Below, piece by piece: positions 18,323 through 26,403 of a stretch of 64,000 nt of DNA. The position numbers and the translations under genes were made by a program. The stretch spans positions 256,001 through 320,000 of the forward strand of contig CAVXEP010000032.1 in NCBI GenBank assembly GCA_963760795.1. Reading direction: 5' to 3'. Positions within the stretch are counted from its first letter, which is position 1. Every line of letters starts with the position of its first letter. The notes under the pieces were generated by a model. It worked only from the letters and a program-made list of their open reading frames with translations, had not been told where the DNA came from and ran no database searches. Source of the DNA: an uncultured delta proteobacterium (GTDB lineage Bacteria > Desulfobacterota > Binatia > UBA9968).

Positions 18323-18544
18323 ATGGCTAGCAAAGAAGAGGATCTGTACATTCTCAAGCGGATGCGCGGCTGACACAGCAATTGAGGCCTCGGCTTCGAA
18401 GAGACCACGGGTATGGTCTCCAACGCGGTGAAGCAGGATCAGAAGGAAGTTGTCGCGGCGCTCAAGCGGTTGCGCGCCCAGCACAGCGACGACGCGGAAT
18501 ACAAAAAGCTTAGGAAAGATCTGCCGAAGGAGTGGCCGTGCTGA
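18323..18544 (+). CDS. Unannotated 73-aa protein with two in-frame TGA codons (putative double selenoprotein, UxxxU)
   Basis: GAGGTG Shine-Dalgarno at 18310-18315, ATG at 18323. Reads MASKEEDLYILKRMRG-U-HSN-U-GLGFEETTGMVSNAVKQDQKEVVAALKRLRAQHSDDAEYKKLRKDLPKEWPC*. TGAs at 18371-18373 and 18383-18385. Confidence 0.7.
18401..18420 (+). promoter_or_regulatory. Candidate bacterial SECIS hairpin
   Basis: Perfect 7-bp stem GAGACCA/TGGTCTC with loop CGGGTA. The loop starts 22 nt after the second TGA and 34 nt after the first. Confidence 0.6.
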
Positions 18545-18600
18545 AAGCAGTTTCGGGTTACGGGTTTTCTGCCAGGGGCACAGAAGAGATTCGCAAGAAC

Positions 18601-18632
18601 CGTAGGATGGGTGGAGCGCAGCGATACCCATC
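18601..18632 (+). repeat. GTAG-family REP palindrome
   Basis: CGTAGGATGGGT-GGAGCGCAGCGAT-ACCCATC, between convergent genes. Confidence 0.8.
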
Positions 18633-18650
18633 GATCATATTCCGCGCAGG

Positions 18651-19406
18651 TTAGTCGGTCAATTTCACACGCGGTTGGCGAAGCTGTAGATCCTTAACCC
18701 CGCCCCAAAATTCACGTTTGCCGGTCATCGCCTGGACATGGCCGTCCCATTCGAGCGTGAAGGCGGTCAATCCCAACTTAACCGCCGCGCGAATTTTATT
18801 TTGCGTTACATCGTCGGTGGCAAGAAGGCGGATAGCGTCAATCTGTCGGCTGCCATGGCCTTCGTCCTGGGCCGCGTGAAGTTGATAGGTCGCCGCGGCC
18901 CGCGGCGAGAAGCCGTAGTGGCCGGTCAATTCGCGATAGACCTTCTCGGAGATTTTTCCCTCGCCGCCGAGTTGGCTTTCGACAAAGGCGAGCATGGCGA
19001 CGCCTTCGAGGGCGGAGCGGCGCTGGCAGCAGCCAACGATCATCTCGATCGCAGCCAAGGTGCCTGGCGCCGGTTCGGCATTGTCCGCCTGTTCGCGCGA
19101 AATGCCGCCTGCTTCGAGAAATTGCAGCATGATGTCGACGTGGGTACGCTTGCCGCCGAGTTCTTCCATGAAGTTTTCTAAGACCGTCGCCATCACGGTG
19201 TATTCCTTTGCCGACACCGCGTTGATCGCCATATGGCCGAAGAAGATCGGGTTGGTGCGCACCCGCAGATAGTGCTGCACTTCGCCGAGAATGATTTGTT
19301 CCTTGGTCCAACGGTGCTTGATGATGCCGTCGAACCAGGGATGTTGCTCCATTGGCACTTCCGCGGCGTAGCTCCACAGTTCATCGATAAATTCTTCTGG
19401 CTTCAT
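18651..19406 (-). CDS. Heme-oxygenase-like diiron protein (PqqC/CADD/TenA superfamily, iron-containing redox enzyme)
   Basis: HPWF, ENFMEE...H, AFVESQ and HAAQDEGH diiron-ligand pattern. The start could alternatively be 19436. Confidence 0.8.
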   Translation of the reverse strand: MKPEEFIDELWSYAAEVPMEQHPWFDGIIKHRWTKEQIILGEVQHYLRVRTNPIFFGHMAINAVSAKEYTVMATVLENFMEELGGKRTHVDIMLQFLEAGGISREQADNAEPAPGTLAAIEMIVGCCQRRSALEGVAMLAFVESQLGGEGKISEKVYRELTGHYGFSPRAAATYQLHAAQDEGHGSRQIDAIRLLATDDVTQNKIRAAVKLGLTAFTLEWDGHVQAMTGKREFWGGVKDLQLRQPRVKLTD

Positions 19407-19559
19407 GGCCAACCAAGTAGCGCAAGTGTTCGCCATTGTCCACCCCATGCTAGCCCTGATACCTGTGCCATGCCTTTGATATGGCTTGATTGCACCGACA
19501 CTTCGGCGCTAGATAGCTAAGGGAAACGATTCGGCCGATTGTGCGCTTGGGAGGGAATT

Positions 19560-20090
19560 ATGGCAGCAGTCGTTGGGCTCGGACATGTCGGGATTTACGT
19601 TCGGGACCTGGAAGCAATGGCGGCGTTCTACCGCGATACCCTGGGTATGCGCATCACCAAGCAGAACTGGCGCGCCGGGATCGTTTTCTTTAGCACGGAC
19701 CCGGACAAGGCCGATCATGAGATCGCGCTGTTTCGCGGCCGGCCGGAAGACGCCGATTCACGGTTGATCAATCAAATCTCACTGCGTGTCGAGACACTGG
19801 AAGATTTGCGCATCATGCACAAAAGACTCGTTGCTGCCGGTTTACGCATAGATGCCGTAGTCAATCATGTCAGCGCTCTGGGCTGCTACTACTTCGATCC
19901 CGAAGGTAATCGATCGGAAGTGTTCTGGCTAACCGGGCGGGCCTGTTGGGTGCCGATCGCGCACTTGATCGATATTCATCGTGCCGACGCCGCCGTGCTG
20001 GCGGAAGTCGACGCCTTGTGGGAAAGGTTGCGCCATGTCGGCATGGGTGAGCGCATGGCCAATGAGCCGGCGACGTTGCAGTTGGATTGA
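19560..20090 (+). CDS. VOC/glyoxalase family protein (catechol dioxygenase-like fold)
   Basis: LGHVGIYVRDLE...FYRDTLG, HEIAL and YYFDPEGNRSE. Confidence 0.88.
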   Translation: MAAVVGLGHVGIYVRDLEAMAAFYRDTLGMRITKQNWRAGIVFFSTDPDKADHEIALFRGRPEDADSRLINQISLRVETLEDLRIMHKRLVAAGLRIDAVVNHVSALGCYYFDPEGNRSEVFWLTGRACWVPIAHLIDIHRADAAVLAEVDALWERLRHVGMGERMANEPATLQLD

Positions 20091-20098
20091 GGTAATCA

Positions 20099-20970
20099 AT
20101 GGAAACAATCAAAATTGGCATCGGTACTTCGAGCATCGGCCGGTTCCTGCCCTATGTGGCTGAGGCGGCCGGTTTGTTTGCCGAGCAAAATATCGCCGTT
20201 GAGATCGTCAACCAGCTCGACGAAGAGAAAGTTGTCGAGGACATCGTCTCGCAAACTATCCCCATCGGCACCCCCAACGCGCCGTCGCTGATTTTCTCCC
20301 AGCTCAACGGCAACGACCTGGTCATGATCGGCGGCCTGTTGAACCGTCCGGCATTTTATTTGGTGGCCAATCCGAAGATCGAATCGATCGCCAACCTGAA
20401 AGGCAAACGAGTCGGGATCAATCAACCCCGCCGGATGGCGGGCATGATGATGCTGGCGCTATTGCGGCGCTGGCAGTTCGATCGCGACAAGGATCTCGAA
20501 CTGGTCGATCTCGGCCTCAACGATCGCAGTTTCGAGGCGCTTCAGTAGCGGCGATCTCGACGCCGCGCTCTTGCCGCCGGAGAAAGCCTTCATGGCCGAG
20601 GCCGAATGGCTTGCGCATTGTCGCCGATACTCTCGCACTCGATAGCCAATGGGTGCCGCTGGCGACCACGCGGCGTTTTCTCGCCGGTAACCGCGACCTG
20701 GTTGGCAAGGTCGCGGCGATCTACCGCGACAGTGTCCAACTATTCAAGAACGATGCGCCATTGGCGCGCGCTACCATCGGGCGCCAACTGCCGGCTTTGC
20801 GCAACCAACCGCAGGTGCTCGACAAATGTTACCGCGTCTTCGCCGAGCTGTTTGAGCCGACGTTAATTGTCGCGCCGGCCGCGCTCACCGCCGTGCTTGC
20901 CGAAGTCGCCTTGCAGGATGCACGAGCCAGCCGCCTGGTGCCGGAGAATCTGATTGCTGAGCTGGGCTAG
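20099..20970 (+). CDS. NitT/TauT-type substrate-binding protein without signal peptide, two frameshifts (about 20546 and 20606)
   Basis: PYVAEAAGLF and ANLKGKRVGI; after +1 shifts it continues SGDLDAALLPPEKAFMAEAE / GLRIVAD into ORF 20611-20970. Confidence 0.75.
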
Positions 20971-21014
20971 TCTCGGACATTAGCGGTGTTGCCGCGCCGC
21001 AAGGAAGGATGACC

Positions 21015-21098
21015 ATGCTTGAACTCTATCACGGATACACTTCCGTCTGTGCCCAGAAGGTGCGGCTGACGTTTTCATCGAGCTCGAGGGTAGTTTAA
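21015..21098 (+). pseudogene. Glutathione S-transferase N-terminal remnant
   Basis: AAGGAAGG Shine-Dalgarno then MLELYHGYTSVCAQKVRLT, a GST N-terminus (LYH...SxCxQKVRL). Similarity stops after 19 aa and TAA follows at codon 28. Confidence 0.7.
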
Positions 21099-21139
21099 TC
21101 GGCGATTTGTTACCGCTATTCAAAAAAAGGAGAACCACG

Positions 21140-21982
21140 ATGGCCAAGAAGAAAGAATACACCTGTGTGCTTGTCGAGACCGACGATGAAGGCATTACCT
21201 GGATCACCTTCAATCGGCCGGAGAAGCGCAACGCCATGAGTCCGACGCTCCATGTCGAGATGGAAGAGATTCTTTACGGCCTGGAGACCGATGATGAGAC
21301 CAAAGTCATTGTGCTCACGGGGGCGGGGAATAGCTGGAGCGCGGGCATGGACTTGAAGCAGTATTTTCGCGAGACCGACAAAGATCCGGTGGCGCGCTTT
21401 CGCGCCGCGACGGCGCACCGGCGCTGGGCGACCGAGTTGCTGGCCTGGTCGCGCAAGCCGACCATCGCCATGGTCAATGGCTACTGTTACGGCGGCGCGT
21501 TTGTCTCGCTGGCGGCCTGTGACATCGTCATCGCCGCGGACAGCGCCACCTTCGGTTTGTCAGAGGTCAATTGGGGCATCATTCCCGGCGGCAATGTCAG
21601 CAAAGTCTTCGGTGAAATGGTGGGGTTCCGCAACGCCATGTTCTACGCCATGACCGGCCGCACCATCGATGGCCGTAAGGCTGCCGAGATCGGCATTGCC
21701 ACTATGGCGGTGCCGGCTGAAAAATTGCGCGATGAGACGGTCACGATTGCGCGTGAACTAATCGCCAAAAGCCCGATGGTTCTGGCCTACACCAAGCATG
21801 CGATCCGCGCTGTGCGCGGCATGGATATGGATCAAGCGTACGAGTATTTGGGGGCGAAGAGTATGGCGTTGCGCGCTGCCGACCCCGAACGCACGCGAGA
21901 ACGCGGCATGCGCGAATTCTTGGACGAAAAGAGCTACCGCCCTGGATTGGAGCCGGTAAAGCGGCCGACGGGCGAGAAATGA
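21140..21982 (+). CDS. p-Hydroxycinnamoyl-CoA hydratase/lyase (crotonase family)
   Basis: NRPEKRNAMSPTL, WSAGMDLKQYFRE, FGLSEVNWGIIPGG and C-terminal FLDEKSYRPGL match the HCHL signature. Confidence 0.88.
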   Translation: MAKKKEYTCVLVETDDEGITWITFNRPEKRNAMSPTLHVEMEEILYGLETDDETKVIVLTGAGNSWSAGMDLKQYFRETDKDPVARFRAATAHRRWATELLAWSRKPTIAMVNGYCYGGAFVSLAACDIVIAADSATFGLSEVNWGIIPGGNVSKVFGEMVGFRNAMFYAMTGRTIDGRKAAEIGIATMAVPAEKLRDETVTIARELIAKSPMVLAYTKHAIRAVRGMDMDQAYEYLGAKSMALRAADPERTRERGMREFLDEKSYRPGLEPVKRPTGEK

Positions 21983-22033
21983 GCTAGTTCCTTGGCAAAC
22001 TTGCACTGCTAACAAGAATTAAGGAGGAAGAGC

Positions 22034-23050
22034 ATGGATCGCTTCCGTTCGGTTCTTGTCTCAATGGTTTTCCTACTACTCACGGCGGCGCAGTTTTCGC
22101 TGGTGTCGGCGCAAACCAAGCTTACCATCGGCTATGCCGCCGTTAGTCCGCGTACCACTCCGCTATATCTCGCCCAGGAACAGGGTCTGTTCGCCAAGTA
22201 TGGTCTCGATCCGAAGATCGTACTGGTGCGCGCCGCGGCAACGCTTGTGGCGACTTTAGTTACCGGCGAAATGGACGTGGGCTACACCGGCGGCACTTCC
22301 GTATTGGGCGCGGCGGGGCAGGGATCGTATCTGAGAATTCTCTCGTCGATCTCCAGCACCCTGACCCATACCTTGGTCGCATACCCGAGCTTCAAGCGCG
22401 CAGAGGAGTTGCGCGGCAAACGCTTCGGCATCCAAAACCCCGGGGGCACCACCTGGATCAACACAATCTTGGCCTTGGAGCATGTCGGCCTAGATTACAA
22501 GAGGGACAACATCAATTTACTAGCGATCGGCGATTCGGTTTTGGTCGGACAGGCACTCGAAGCTGGTCGGGTAGACGCAGCGGTTCTCGACGGCGCATTG
22601 GTGCGCCGGTTGCGCAGCAAAGGATTCACCATCATCGCGGAGCTCCAGCCGGCGAAGATTCCCTTGCTCAGCCAAGCGATCGTTGTGTCACCGGAGTTCC
22701 TGCAAAAGCGCGCGGACATCGCTGAAAAACTCCTCATGACGCTGGTCGAGAGCCTGGCCTACAGCATGGCGCCGGCGAACAAAGCGGTGGTGATCAAAAC
22801 TATGATGCGCAAGTTTCAGATCGCTGATCCCGCGGTGGCGGAGGAGGGCTATCAAGATTATTTGAGCAGCGTCGAGCGCCGGCCGATTCCCATGGTGGAC
22901 GGGATGCACAACATTCGCCGCCTGCTAGCCACGCTCAATCCGAAAATTGCCAACGTCAAAGTCGAAGATCTGATCGATAGCCGCTTGATTCGCAAACTTG
23001 ATGACAACGGTTTCATCGATAAAATCGCCGCCAGTTACGGATTGAAATAG
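22034..23050 (+). CDS. NitT/TauT ABC substrate-binding protein
   Basis: AAGGAGG Shine-Dalgarno, signal peptide, GLFAKYGLD, ELRGKRFG and LDDNGFIDK. Confidence 0.9.
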   Translation: MDRFRSVLVSMVFLLLTAAQFSLVSAQTKLTIGYAAVSPRTTPLYLAQEQGLFAKYGLDPKIVLVRAAATLVATLVTGEMDVGYTGGTSVLGAAGQGSYLRILSSISSTLTHTLVAYPSFKRAEELRGKRFGIQNPGGTTWINTILALEHVGLDYKRDNINLLAIGDSVLVGQALEAGRVDAAVLDGALVRRLRSKGFTIIAELQPAKIPLLSQAIVVSPEFLQKRADIAEKLLMTLVESLAYSMAPANKAVVIKTMMRKFQIADPAVAEEGYQDYLSSVERRPIPMVDGMHNIRRLLATLNPKIANVKVEDLIDSRLIRKLDDNGFIDKIAASYGLK

Positions 23051-23130
23051 TCATCGGCACGAGGCGCACATTCGGTGTTATTGCACCGCTCGCGCTTTTC
23101 TTCACGCCAAGTTTTCGTTAAGTCTAACCC

Positions 23131-23802
23131 ATGGCAAAAAACTTTAGCGTCGAACTGCGGCAGCGCAGCGAGCGTATCTGGCGGGCAATTGACGGACATC
23201 CGTTTCTCTGTGAGTTGGCGGCGGGGAGTTTGCCGATGAATCGGTTTACCTACTTCATCTTGCAAGACTATGTTTACCTTCTCGACTTCGCTCAGGTGCT
23301 CTGCCTTGGCGGCGCCAAGGCGTCGAATTTGGAAATCTTAGAACTCTTTTGCCGTCACGCTTTAGGCGCGGTGGAGGTCGAGCGCAGCTTTCACGCGAGC
23401 TTCGGCAAAACGTTGAGGCTGTCGCGTAAACAGTTGGACGCCGTGCCCAAGGGACCGCGCACGCAGGCGTACATCGATCACTTACAGTCGGTGGCGCGCG
23501 GCGGCAGTCTGGGTGAGTTGGTGGCCGCGGTATTGCCTTGTTATTGGATCTACGGTGAAACCGGCAAGCGCTTATTCAAGAGCCGGCCCGCCAAGCCGAA
23601 AATCTATCGCCAGTGGATCGAGACCTACGCGTCTGAGGCTTTTTGGCAACCGGTGCGCGAGCAGATTCGCCTGATGGATCGGCTCGCCGCGATGGCGAGC
23701 CCGGCTGAGAAAAAACGCATGGTCGAGTTGTTCATTCTCAGCAGTCGCTATGAACTATTGTTTTGGGAACAGGCCTATCGGTTGGAGAGCTGGCCGATTT
23801 GA
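23131..23802 (+). CDS. tenA: Thiaminase II / TenA
   Basis: HPF, YFILQDYVYL, catalytic LPCYWIY, WIETY and SSRYELLFWEQAY. Confidence 0.9.
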   Translation: MAKNFSVELRQRSERIWRAIDGHPFLCELAAGSLPMNRFTYFILQDYVYLLDFAQVLCLGGAKASNLEILELFCRHALGAVEVERSFHASFGKTLRLSRKQLDAVPKGPRTQAYIDHLQSVARGGSLGELVAAVLPCYWIYGETGKRLFKSRPAKPKIYRQWIETYASEAFWQPVREQIRLMDRLAAMASPAEKKRMVELFILSSRYELLFWEQAYRLESWPI

Positions 23803-23855
23803 CCATTCCTTCAATACACTGCTGTTGCCAATAACGAAGGGCGGGTTTGTCGATA

Positions 23856-24224
23856 CTATCCGACTGCTGCCCGGCGGTGGCGCGCAGCGGCCATATGGTT
23901 GACACCGATGCTTAGGATGCCCAGGACTAAATGGCTGAGTTGAACCAGCCAGTGATGTTCCCCAGCAACCATAGCGGCTTGATTTAGGCCGATGTAGATC
24001 GTTAGCGCTCCGACAATGAATGCGATCGCCGCCAAAATCCAGCTTCCGCCGGTCGAGAGGGCTTGAGCAATGCCGACGGTCCACAGCCCAATTACCGTTA
24101 AAAAGCCCAGCAACATATGCATCGACACTAAACTTGGCGGCCCGCCGGCCCAGAATACCAGACCGGAGGCGAGCGCGAGTATTCCCGCAATAGTCACGAC
24201 GGCGGATGCGTAACGAATCACCAT
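23856..24224 (-). CDS. Hypothetical four-helix membrane protein
   Basis: Four hydrophobic segments with His residues in HMLLG and HLVLG. Confidence 0.65.
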   Translation of the reverse strand: MVIRYASAVVTIAGILALASGLVFWAGGPPSLVSMHMLLGFLTVIGLWTVGIAQALSTGGSWILAAIAFIVGALTIYIGLNQAAMVAGEHHWLVQLSHLVLGILSIGVNHMAAARHRRAAVG

Positions 24225-24519
24225 GGCGCATTTTGTATAGACTTGGGCTGGCGGTATTGCAATCCCGATACGCTCGGACTGCACGGAATTATACGACAAA
24301 GCTAGTTGGACCTAAGTTTGCTTCATGCGGGGTGTTCCTATAGAGTACTTTAGATCATGTCTCGATCCTATTGGCGCGAAAGAGGTCGAAGACCGGGGCT
24401 ACACCTTCGAATGGCATGGTTGGCGGCGTCGATGCTTCGCCGCAAGATTTCCTGGTCTTGCACCCCATCCCTCTTCCTATATCCGCGGATTTCAAGCATC
24501 CGTTTGCGGAGGGAGTAAT

Positions 24520-25062
24520 ATGCATCCTATTGTTATCGTGCTCATACCCCTGGTTTTGATCATCGTCGGCATGGTTTTAAACAGCATGGGCTTATCGTTC
24601 GATCAACCGCCGAGCTCCGCCGAGCAAGATCCAACCAAGCGGCTGACCCTCGAACGCGACACTTTTCGCCAGTTTTTTGATCGCCAGCGTATAACTGTCA
24701 TGAACCGACAGAAGCGGGTCGGGCAATTCGCTTGGTTGCTAATGTTCGCGACCATCGGTTCGTTTGTCTGGTTGTATAACTATACCGTCGACAAGACCGT
24801 CGGTTTGAATCGCATCGCGTCGTTGCAGACGCTGGGTGCGCAAGAGGTCAAGGATCTGATTCTTTCCGTGACACTGGTCGACGGCAGTAATGTCAAGTAC
24901 ATCATCAAACTTCCGGCAGCCGATCAGAAGGTCGATCCGAAGGTCAAGGAAGCGATCTCGACAGAGAAGGTTTCCTCCTGGGAGATGGAAAAGCTAACCA
25001 CCGCCTTGAGCATCGGCGACAACGTTTTGCCAATGGGCGTCGCCTTGAAGATTGCCAACTGA
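24520..25062 (+). CDS. Hypothetical membrane protein (2 TM)
   Basis: GGAGGGAG Shine-Dalgarno before MHPIVIVLIP; two hydrophobic helices. Confidence 0.7.
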   Translation: MHPIVIVLIPLVLIIVGMVLNSMGLSFDQPPSSAEQDPTKRLTLERDTFRQFFDRQRITVMNRQKRVGQFAWLLMFATIGSFVWLYNYTVDKTVGLNRIASLQTLGAQEVKDLILSVTLVDGSNVKYIIKLPAADQKVDPKVKEAISTEKVSSWEMEKLTTALSIGDNVLPMGVALKIAN

Positions 25063-25199
25063 CGGATCACCCAGCGATGTCGCGACGGCCGCTGCCATGT
25101 CGCTAGGTGCGACTATCGAAGGCGCGTTCGCTGCCCCTGCGGGCTAATGCAACACCTGTCGTGGTGTGAGCGTGCGACGCTTGAGAAGGGAGCTGTGAG

Positions 25200-25490
25200 A
25201 TGGCGGACGAGTCTAAGCCGTTGTTCGTCGGGATCAAGATATCGAAGGCGTTACAGAACGACCTCGATAGCCCCGCACCGGGGACGAAGCATTACTTCGA
25301 TGGCAACGAGAACAAGGACTATCTCCAGATCATCGACGTGGGCGAGGATAAGTTCATCGGTCGTTATATCAAGAGCGGTTACCCCGCAGCGGGAATCACG
25401 GACGTGAGCCGCAATATTTGCAGTATCATCAAGCTCATCGCCCGTGGCCGCCGGATCGAGGAAAACGACGTGCATATTTATTCCTCGTGA
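25200..25490 (+). CDS. Hypothetical protein (96 aa)
   Basis: GGAG Shine-Dalgarno and good codon bias; no recognised domain. Confidence 0.7.
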   Translation: MADESKPLFVGIKISKALQNDLDSPAPGTKHYFDGNENKDYLQIIDVGEDKFIGRYIKSGYPAAGITDVSRNICSIIKLIARGRRIEENDVHIYSS

Positions 25491-25544
25491 GGGTCGAAAG
25501 CGTTATGACATGGCAATGAGAACCTGAGGCTTTTTACAGAGAAG

Positions 25545-25991
25545 GTGTCTATGGAAGAAAAACATGAGATTAGTTTGCGCGACGGCACAGTCGTGCGCCA
25601 CAAGAATAAGGGGTACGAAGGCAAGATCGAAGGTACGACGGCGATCAAGGCCTGCTTCACTAGGGGCGGGATGCTGTTGGATACGCCGCTCTCGAAAGAA
25701 GCATTTCAATATAGAGTGGTGGTAAACGGTGAAGCTGCGCGTTGTATCGCTCCCGCTGAAGATCTAGAAATCCTCGATGCCACCAGCGCAATTATCTGTG
25801 TCCGTTGTCAAAAGAACTTTAATACCAAACCCGGCTTAGCCGGCAAACCGGGCGGTCGATGCACCTGCGGCGGCTGGATCTGCCCCGCTTGCCAGGGTTG
25901 CCGCGTCGAAGTTAGCGGCGAAGATAAAAAAAAGGCATGTCTCAATCAGCGCAAGCGTTTTCTGCGCAAGACGGCTAGTCTGAAGAAATAG
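25545..25991 (+). CDS. Hypothetical protein: SH3/HspQ-like N-terminus plus Cys-rich C-terminal domain
   Basis: GTVVRHK...G.I N-terminus; CVRC, CTCGGWICPACQGC and a further Cys. Confidence 0.7.
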   Translation: MSMEEKHEISLRDGTVVRHKNKGYEGKIEGTTAIKACFTRGGMLLDTPLSKEAFQYRVVVNGEAARCIAPAEDLEILDATSAIICVRCQKNFNTKPGLAGKPGGRCTCGGWICPACQGCRVEVSGEDKKKACLNQRKRFLRKTASLKK

Positions 25992-26040
25992 CCAAATAAA
26001 GTGGCGGGGATTTGCTCAACCTTGCAGGTAATGAGCTTGT

Positions 26041-26340
26041 TTAGCTTTCTAGCTTAGCGTATTCACACCGCGGGCAAGCGGCTCCGACCAACACCGGCCA
26101 GCCGCAGTCATTGCAGGTCGTCACCGGTTCACCGAGCATGCCGCGCACGAGAGAGCCGCAGCGCCGCCCGCCGCAGGGGCCGGTGCCGACGCCGGTGCGC
26201 TTACCAATCTGTTCAAAGGTTTTAGCGCCGGCTTGAATCGCTTTGGCCACGGTACCGCGGCGGATCTTGTTACAGATGCAGGCGGGTTTGAAGTTATCGA
26301 TGACCGCTTGCTGCCGGGCTTTTTGTTCTTGCTCGTCGAT
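26041..26340 (-). CDS. BFD-like [2Fe-2S] protein fused to a C-terminal zinc-ribbon-like double CxxC; non-canonical start
   Basis: The frame extends upstream of the tracked GTG to include CICNKI (first two BFD ligands), then GTGPCGGRRC, CNDC and CPRC. No ATG/GTG/TTG lies between the upstream TAA and CIC; ATC at 26340 follows AAGGA by 8 nt. Confidence 0.75.
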   Translation of the reverse strand: MDEQEQKARQQAVIDNFKPACICNKIRRGTVAKAIQAGAKTFEQIGKRTGVGTGPCGGRRCGSLVRGMLGEPVTTCNDCGWPVLVGAACPRCEYAKLES

Positions 26341-26403
26341 GGTCGGGTTCCTTGCCTTTGCCGTTTAATGAAACCACTCTAGCATAAAATGCCCTGAGAC
26401 TAA

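Noticed and set aside
18542-18544. Terminal TGA after Cys (C-U) as a third selenocysteine, with a small TGCC-AGG-GGCA hairpin downstream
   Set aside because: Readthrough would run through a heptamer repeat and a REP element and into the convergent gene. A true stop is more parsimonious.
18176-18631. 151-aa minus-strand ORF
   Set aside because: It starts within a REP, overlaps the 17904-18311 gene and has no protein-like features. It is best read as the antisense shadow of the 18323-18544 gene.
20546-20548. In-frame TAG in a binding-protein gene as possible pyrrolysine or readthrough
   Set aside because: The same frame beyond TAG is not protein-like. The family sequence (SGDLDAALLPP) continues in the +1 frame, so this is an inserted base.
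23051-23130. TPP riboswitch upstream of tenA
   Set aside because: The gap is only 80 nt and lacks the CTGAGA...ACCTG core.
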